From NCBI GenBank assembly GCA_029856105.1, contig JAHQWH010000189.1:54263-118262 (forward strand): a DNA stretch of 64,000 bases, written 5' to 3'. Below, one piece after another: positions 58,278-64,000 of the stretch. Position 1 is the stretch's first letter, and each line of letters starts with the position of its first letter. The position numbers were made by a program, and so were the translations under genes. A model generated the notes under the pieces. That model was not told the origin of the DNA, did no database searches, and saw nothing but the letters and a program-made list of their open reading frames with translations. Source of the DNA: Promethearchaeia archaeon (GTDB lineage: Archaea > Asgardarchaeota > Lokiarchaeia > Sigyniarchaeales > SOKP01).

Positions 58278-60407
58278 ATGGTCTTGATTCCAAAATCTGA
58301 AACAACTGAAGTCAATAAAGGTTTAAGAAGTGGTTTTTTAAAAAATTTATTACCAAGAGTTTCCCGAACTGAAGGTGATGTAGTCCCTTTTGAACCTCTA
58401 AAAATAAAACAGAGTATTGTTAAAGAAACAGGGTTAAACGATAAAGTCGCTGATAGCATAACTGAATTAGCGGTTAGAAGAATTATATCCTCAGGCATAA
58501 TGTTTCTTTCTGGTCCGCACATTAGGGAAATAGTCTGTTCAATATTATCTGAACAACATTTTGAAGATGAACGAAAGCTATATACCCGAATAGGAATGCC
58601 GTTGATGGACTACGAAGCAATTTTAGAGAAGGGCGTGAATGAAAATGCTAATCAAGATATGAATCCTGAGAGCATCCATCATTGGGCTGCTAATAGAATA
58701 TCTGACGAATATGCGCTTTTAAGAATTTTAGATTCAGAAGAAGCTCATGCTCATCTTTATGGAGATATTCATGTACATATGCTCAGGTATTTTGATTTAC
58801 GGCCTTTCTGCCAAGAATGGGACCCTCGTATGATTCTTGAGCATGGACTTCCCCCTGTCGATAGTTGGGCCCATTGTAGCAAATCTGGTCCAGCAGGAAG
58901 TTTACGAGTGGCAGTTACACACTTAGCAAAATGGTTAGGGATTATTCAAGGAGAATTTTCAGGAGGGCAAGGTTACGATTATATTACCACTTTTCTTGCA
59001 CCTTATGTACGAGGGCTTTCTCAAAAAGAAATTGAGCAATCAATGCAGTGTTTAATATTCGAAACGAATCAAATTTTTGCGGCAAGAGGTGGACAAGTAC
59101 CGTTTACATCGATTTCATGCACTCCTACAGTTCCAGATGGTTTATTAAATATTCCTGCTATTGGTCCTCATGGAAAAAATATTGGTTTATATGGAGATTA
59201 TAAAGAAGAATGTCTAAAGCTTTTTGATGCTTTAACAGAAGTTTATATAAAAGGAGATTACAACGGAAAACTATTTGCATTTCCAAAGCATGAAGTAAAA
59301 ATAAAAAAAGAGTGGCTTAAAGAATTCGAACCATCTTACATTAAAATAATGGAAGAAGTAGCTACGATGGGGACTCCATATTTTCTAAATATGTGCCCAG
59401 ATTGGATGCCAGACGAAATTCATAGTCAATGTTGTAGAAAATTTCTAAGTGGGAATCAAATTATAAATCAATGTATTGTAGATCCTAAAAAAAGGAAAAA
59501 TGCAAACATATGGGAAAATTATGTTACCATTGGCTCACTTCAAAGCGTTAGTCTAAATTTACCTAGATACGCATATATGTCCAACAATGAAGACGATTAC
59601 ATTAGGATTTTAGGGGAAAAAATGGAGCTTTCAGCTAGAATCCTAAAGAAAAAATGGGATTTAATGGAAAGGCGATTAAAAACAGGGCATCTACCCTTAT
59701 GTAGTGGCAAAATTAATGGTAAGCCAATTTTTAAATTGCGAGAGCAAAATCTTTCAATAGGTTTTACTGGCTTGAATGAAGCCGTAAAAAGTATGACCGG
59801 CTTTGAATTGCATGAACATGATACAACATATAACCTTGGGAAAAGAATATTAGAATTTATGGTTGCTAAGTGTAATACAATGACAGAAAGAGATGGGATA
59901 TCCTATTCACTTTGGGAACAACCGTCTGAATCATCAAGTAATCGTTTTGCAAAATTAGATTTAAAACATTTCCCTCAAAAAGCTATTCCTCAATCAAATG
60001 GAGTTTCTGCATATTATACAAATTCAGGTCATTTCCGGTATGATGCGGATATACCGTTATCTGAAAGAATTCGAAAACAAGGAGATTATCATCCTATTGT
60101 AAATGGAGGTGTAATTACACATATTTGGTTAGGGGAACAAAAACCGGATATTCAGGCTCTTTGGGAACTCACAAAAAATATTTGTCTTAATACAAATACT
60201 GCATATTTTGCATATACTACAGATTTTATATATTGTCCGTCCTGTCGTAAGATGTATCGAGGAAGTCAATTTACATGTCCTCAATGTTATTCTGAAGATG
60301 TGAAAGTGTATTCAAGAGTAACGGGATATTACAGTGAAGTAAATAGATATAATTTAGGAAAAAGAGCGGAATGGGAAGCAAGAAAACGAGAAAATTTATT
60401 TAAATAA
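58278..60407 (+). CDS. nrdD: Anaerobic (class III) ribonucleoside-triphosphate reductase with ATP cone
   Basis: N-terminal ATP cone, ENAN, GGQ, SQCCR finger loop, CxxC...CxxC, YSRVTGY glycyl-radical motif. Confidence 0.96.
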   Translation: MVLIPKSETTEVNKGLRSGFLKNLLPRVSRTEGDVVPFEPLKIKQSIVKETGLNDKVADSITELAVRRIISSGIMFLSGPHIREIVCSILSEQHFEDERKLYTRIGMPLMDYEAILEKGVNENANQDMNPESIHHWAANRISDEYALLRILDSEEAHAHLYGDIHVHMLRYFDLRPFCQEWDPRMILEHGLPPVDSWAHCSKSGPAGSLRVAVTHLAKWLGIIQGEFSGGQGYDYITTFLAPYVRGLSQKEIEQSMQCLIFETNQIFAARGGQVPFTSISCTPTVPDGLLNIPAIGPHGKNIGLYGDYKEECLKLFDALTEVYIKGDYNGKLFAFPKHEVKIKKEWLKEFEPSYIKIMEEVATMGTPYFLNMCPDWMPDEIHSQCCRKFLSGNQIINQCIVDPKKRKNANIWENYVTIGSLQSVSLNLPRYAYMSNNEDDYIRILGEKMELSARILKKKWDLMERRLKTGHLPLCSGKINGKPIFKLREQNLSIGFTGLNEAVKSMTGFELHEHDTTYNLGKRILEFMVAKCNTMTERDGISYSLWEQPSESSSNRFAKLDLKHFPQKAIPQSNGVSAYYTNSGHFRYDADIPLSERIRKQGDYHPIVNGGVITHIWLGEQKPDIQALWELTKNICLNTNTAYFAYTTDFIYCPSCRKMYRGSQFTCPQCYSEDVKVYSRVTGYYSEVNRYNLGKRAEWEARKRENLFK

Positions 60408-60453
60408 TTTCTCTTTTTTAATTTTTTAAATATTTTTGAATCTTACTAAATGT

Positions 60454-60771
60454 ATGAACAAAGAATTATCACTTAAAGAATTTCAACAACAAATTGACGA
60501 ATGGATTCTCAATCACGGGGGTTATTGGCCTCCTCTTTCTATGCTTGGTGCAATTATAGAAGAAGTAGGAGAATTAGCAAGAGAAATCAACCATCTTGAA
60601 GGTTTCAAACCAAAGAAGTCTGGCGAAATAAATTTAAATATTGGTGAAGAGCTCGCAGATGTCATTTTTGCGACAATCTGTGTTGCTAATTATTACAAAG
60701 TAAATATTAATTGGGAATTAGCCAAGGTTATTGAAAAATATACAAAAAGAGATTCAAAGAGATTTTTATAA
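60454..60771 (+). CDS. MazG-like nucleotide pyrophosphohydrolase
   Basis: EEVGELAR, EELADV, KY..RD. Confidence 0.9.
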   Translation: MNKELSLKEFQQQIDEWILNHGGYWPPLSMLGAIIEEVGELAREINHLEGFKPKKSGEINLNIGEELADVIFATICVANYYKVNINWELAKVIEKYTKRDSKRFL

Positions 60772-60909
60772 TTAAAAAGAAGAGCACAAATTTTTAAACA
60801 ATTTTATTAAGAAAGCTCTATCAATTTGAAAAATTTTAATCCTTTTATGCGTTTTATTTTTTTAAAACATGAATAATGATAATAACAACAACTAATTTAT
60901 AATAAAAAG

Positions 60910-62085
60910 ATGTTAAAAGAAGGATTAGAGAAACAAGAAATACTCAAATTACTTGAGAAAAAGTTAGAGAAAGATCTTTCGTACGATTCAGGCTTTATTT
61001 TAGGGTCCATGTGCACAGAACCTTTAGATTTCGCTAAGAAAATTTATATTAAATATATTTCTAAAAATTTAGGAGATCCCGGATTATTTTTAGGGACTGC
61101 AGCCTTAGAAGATGAATTAATTCTTGAAATTGGTGAGTTATTTGGAGATAAAGATATAATCGGAACATTTACTACTGGAGGTTCAGAATCTAATTTAATC
61201 GCTATGAGGATTGCTAAAAAATTACGCCCTGAAATAAAAAATCCCGAAGTTGTAGTTTCGGCTTCGGCTCATATTTCCTTCGATAAAGCAGCCGATATAT
61301 TGGGTATTACACTTAGGAAGGTACAAATAAGGGATAATTTTGAATTAGATTTAAACCATTTCGAATCTCTTATCAATAAAAATACTTGTGGAGTTGTTGG
61401 AATAGCTGGTACAACCTCGCTAGGTTTAATTGACCCAATCAAAGATATGGGTAAAATTATCGAAGGAAAGAATATTTTCTATCACATTGATGCCGCTTTT
61501 GGGGGATTTGTGTTACCATTTCTAAAAAAACTAAATTATAATATTCCTCCATGGGATTTCTCAGTAAAGCCTGTAAGTTCAATTACAGCCGATCCCCATA
61601 AAATGGGTTTAGGTGTAATACCTTCTGGGGGATTTTTCGTTAGAGATGCGTCTATACTACAAAAAACGGGTTTTGAAATTCCTTATTTAGCAGGAGGAAA
61701 TTTTAAGCACTTTCATATGGTTGGAACTAGACCAGGAGGTCCAATTATCGCATTTTGGGTAATATTGAAAGCTTTAGGTATTAACGGTTTTATTGAGATC
61801 GTAAAAAAATGTATGGATAATGCTAAATATTTAGCAAAAAGGATATCTGAAATTAATGGGATAAAATTAGCTGCTAACCCCGTTATGAACGTAGTAGGAA
61901 TAACAACAGAGAATGGAAAAAGTATATGTGAAATTGATGAAGCATTACGCAATAACAAGTGGATGTTAGGTAAATTTGTAGATTTTAATTTAATTAGAGT
62001 CGTACTAATGCCACATGTAAAAAGAGAACACATATCTAGTTTTACTTCTGATTTGGAAAAAGTAGTAAAAAAACTAAATTTATAA
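60910..62085 (+). CDS. mfnA: L-tyrosine/L-aspartate decarboxylase (group II PLP)
   Basis: ILGSMCT, NLGDPGLF, GGSESN, HISFDKA, HIDAAFGG, ADPHKMG, GTRPG. Confidence 0.94.
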   Translation: MLKEGLEKQEILKLLEKKLEKDLSYDSGFILGSMCTEPLDFAKKIYIKYISKNLGDPGLFLGTAALEDELILEIGELFGDKDIIGTFTTGGSESNLIAMRIAKKLRPEIKNPEVVVSASAHISFDKAADILGITLRKVQIRDNFELDLNHFESLINKNTCGVVGIAGTTSLGLIDPIKDMGKIIEGKNIFYHIDAAFGGFVLPFLKKLNYNIPPWDFSVKPVSSITADPHKMGLGVIPSGGFFVRDASILQKTGFEIPYLAGGNFKHFHMVGTRPGGPIIAFWVILKALGINGFIEIVKKCMDNAKYLAKRISEINGIKLAANPVMNVVGITTENGKSICEIDEALRNNKWMLGKFVDFNLIRVVLMPHVKREHISSFTSDLEKVVKKLNL

Positions 62086-62206
62086 TATGTTTAGTTAAAT
62101 AAAAATTTTATAATATCCATCAGAAATATATTTATAAACCAAAAAATAATTTAATAATTTATATAGATTTATTAGGGTTTAATCTCTCTTAAGAAATGAA
62201 ATAGGA

Positions 62207-63076
62207 ATGGGAAAAAAAAAAAAATCACTTGGAATAAAGACAACAAGATATTTTACCAAAACTTGTACTAAATGTAAGTTTGAATACCCAAATTGGTTTA
62301 CGAATTGCCCTAAATGCGGTGCTGCTTGGGATTCTGTAGAAGCAGAAAAGACTACTGGTGCAAAAGAGGCGCTAAAGAAAACAATAAAAATTGTTGTTAA
62401 AATAACGGAAGAAGATTTTAATAATACATTAGAGAGAGTTAAATTAATTTTTAGCGCTGACCAAGGCCGATCTTGGTATCAAATGGAAATGGAGAACCAA
62501 TTGGACTTTTTTATAGCAGAAATTACTGATGTTCCTGTTGGATCTGATATTATTTATTACATTGAAGTTATATTAATTCATGGTGAGCAAGTTATTGAAA
62601 ATAATGAGGGCAATTATTTTCATTATAAAGTTGGCCTACCTATCGAAGATTTAGAAAAAGATCAACAAATTTCTAAAGGAAAAATCGAAAATCATGCGAA
62701 GAAACAACTAAATAAATCTGTAAATGAATATAACGAGGTTTTAGAAGATTTTACTTTATCGAAAACACAAATCACAAATGATTTAGTCCAAAAACCACCG
62801 AAACCACAACCTGAATATTTTAAACCTAAATCAGAATCGAATGCAAATTCAAAAAAGGAAATGATTGACAATTCAACTGAAATCTCTCAAATTTTTATTA
62901 ATAAACCTAGTATACAACCATCTCAGCATCCAAAAGAATATAGCGCTGAAGATAATATTACTATATTTGGAAGACTTCAAACTAAAATTGATCCAGATTT
63001 AAAATTATGTCCTTATTGTAATTCTAAAATCAAAAAAATATGGAGCACATGCCCCATCTGTGGTAAGAATCTTTAG
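62207..63076 (+). CDS. Zn-ribbon protein with central beta domain and low-complexity linker
   Basis: N-terminal CTKC..CPKC and C-terminal CPYC..CPIC. Confidence 0.8.
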   Translation: MGKKKKSLGIKTTRYFTKTCTKCKFEYPNWFTNCPKCGAAWDSVEAEKTTGAKEALKKTIKIVVKITEEDFNNTLERVKLIFSADQGRSWYQMEMENQLDFFIAEITDVPVGSDIIYYIEVILIHGEQVIENNEGNYFHYKVGLPIEDLEKDQQISKGKIENHAKKQLNKSVNEYNEVLEDFTLSKTQITNDLVQKPPKPQPEYFKPKSESNANSKKEMIDNSTEISQIFINKPSIQPSQHPKEYSAEDNITIFGRLQTKIDPDLKLCPYCNSKIKKIWSTCPICGKNL

Positions 63077-63102
63077 AATATTATTTTAGAATTAGAAAAA
63101 AA

Positions 63103-63999
63103 TTACAATTTACTACCACACTTATTACAAAACGCATAATCAGAAGATAAAATTGCCCCACATTGTTCACAAACTAAGAGATCTTTAGATTTTAGCTCAT
63201 TTTTCTCTTCTTGATCAGTTTGGGTGGAAGTAATTGCTGTAAAGTTACTAGGTTCGCTTTCTATATCCGCAACATTAGGAATTATTCTCAGTTTAGATTT
63301 TTCTTCTTCAGATTTTTTGGTGGCACTAAATGGTATGAAGGGAATACTTTGACTAATAGAATCTTCTTCAAATTTTTGAGTGAGTGTTTGAAATAGTGAA
63401 CTTGCTTCGTGTGTTGTGTCTAAAGGGGGAGTGGGAGGGATTGATTTTGAAGTTTTATGTTCAATTTGTTTTTCTTTCTTTTCTTTCTTTTCTTTCTTTT
63501 CTTTCTTTAATTTTTTCATATCCTCAAGTAAATTTTCTTGCTTTTCCCGTGCTTCGAGGGTTTTCTTTTCTTTTTCTTGTTTCTTTTTCCCTTTAGCAAG
63601 TTTTTTCAATTCTTTTTTAGATAAAATATTTTGAGGCATATAATCGATTAGTGATTCTGATGAAGAGGGTTGAGTGGTTGAAGTTTGAAAAAGTGGAGTT
63701 GCGCTTGTTGGTTCAGCTTTTGGTTCCGGAACAGGCTCAAATGTCATAGAAGCAGGTTGAGGCTTGGGTGGTTCCTCTCTTTTCATTACGCGAAATGGTG
63801 TCTGAGTTGAAGAACCTACTTCCGATTTTTCAGGTTGATTTGTTTGAAATTCCTTGGGTGGAGTTGCCGGCACGGGAATATTTGACGAAAATGGTATTGT
63901 TTGGGGTTTATAAACTTCATTTTCAATAGTTGAGGATTCTGGAAATATTGAAGGAAGTATTTCAGGTTCTGATTTCTCAGTTTTTTGAAGCAAAATTTC
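63103..63999 (-). CDS. P/S/E/K-rich protein with C-terminal Zn ribbon; N-terminus beyond window end
   Basis: Frame is open to the window edge; ends CEQCG......FCNKCGSKL. Confidence 0.8.
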   Translation of the reverse strand, partial: EILLQKTEKSEPEILPSIFPESSTIENEVYKPQTIPFSSNIPVPATPPKEFQTNQPEKSEVGSSTQTPFRVMKREEPPKPQPASMTFEPVPEPKAEPTSATPLFQTSTTQPSSSESLIDYMPQNILSKKELKKLAKGKKKQEKEKKTLEAREKQENLLEDMKKLKKEKKEKKEKKEKQIEHKTSKSIPPTPPLDTTHEASSLFQTLTQKFEEDSISQSIPFIPFSATKKSEEEKSKLRIIPNVADIESEPSNFTAITSTQTDQEEKNELKSKDLLVCEQCGAILSSDYAFCNKCGSKL

Positions 64000-64000
64000 A

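Noticed and set aside
1016-63634. Numerous 60-150 aa antisense or overlapping ORFs in the track
   Set aside because: They overlap well-supported genes and have the F/I/L/S-rich composition typical of antisense frames in AT-rich DNA.

Overview
AT-rich core-genome segment of an Asgard archaeon, most likely Lokiarchaeia. The assignment is inferred from archaeal informational genes (nop5, fibrillarin, PolD, cdc6, rpoH/rpoB, tfe, pan, nac, cbf5, rtcB/archease) occurring with a longin-domain protein and a roadblock-small GTPase fusion. No mobile element, rRNA or CRISPR array was seen. Three tRNAs (Leu-GAG, Thr-CGT, Lys-TTT) all carry 27-33 nt bulge-helix-bulge (BHB) introns. The strongest result is a 32-nt BHB intron (19827-19858) inside the protein-coding gene elf1: canonical cleavage geometry removes a stop codon and a frameshift and rebuilds the CxxC zinc knuckle exactly. 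Other highlights are an unannotated 50-aa WH2/beta-thymosin-like peptide gene, a coiled-coil + polyproline + WH2/FAB-like protein beside a BAR-like protein, and an 8-gene operon with a pseudo-ATPase SMC-like protein, a KITE-like protein and an AAA+ ATPase. There is also a zinc-finger/intramembrane-protease cluster (LITAF-like, AN1-S2P, AN1-pseudorhomboid), and three genes appear to need CTG, ATT or ATC start codons. All family assignments come from motif recognition by eye, not database searches.
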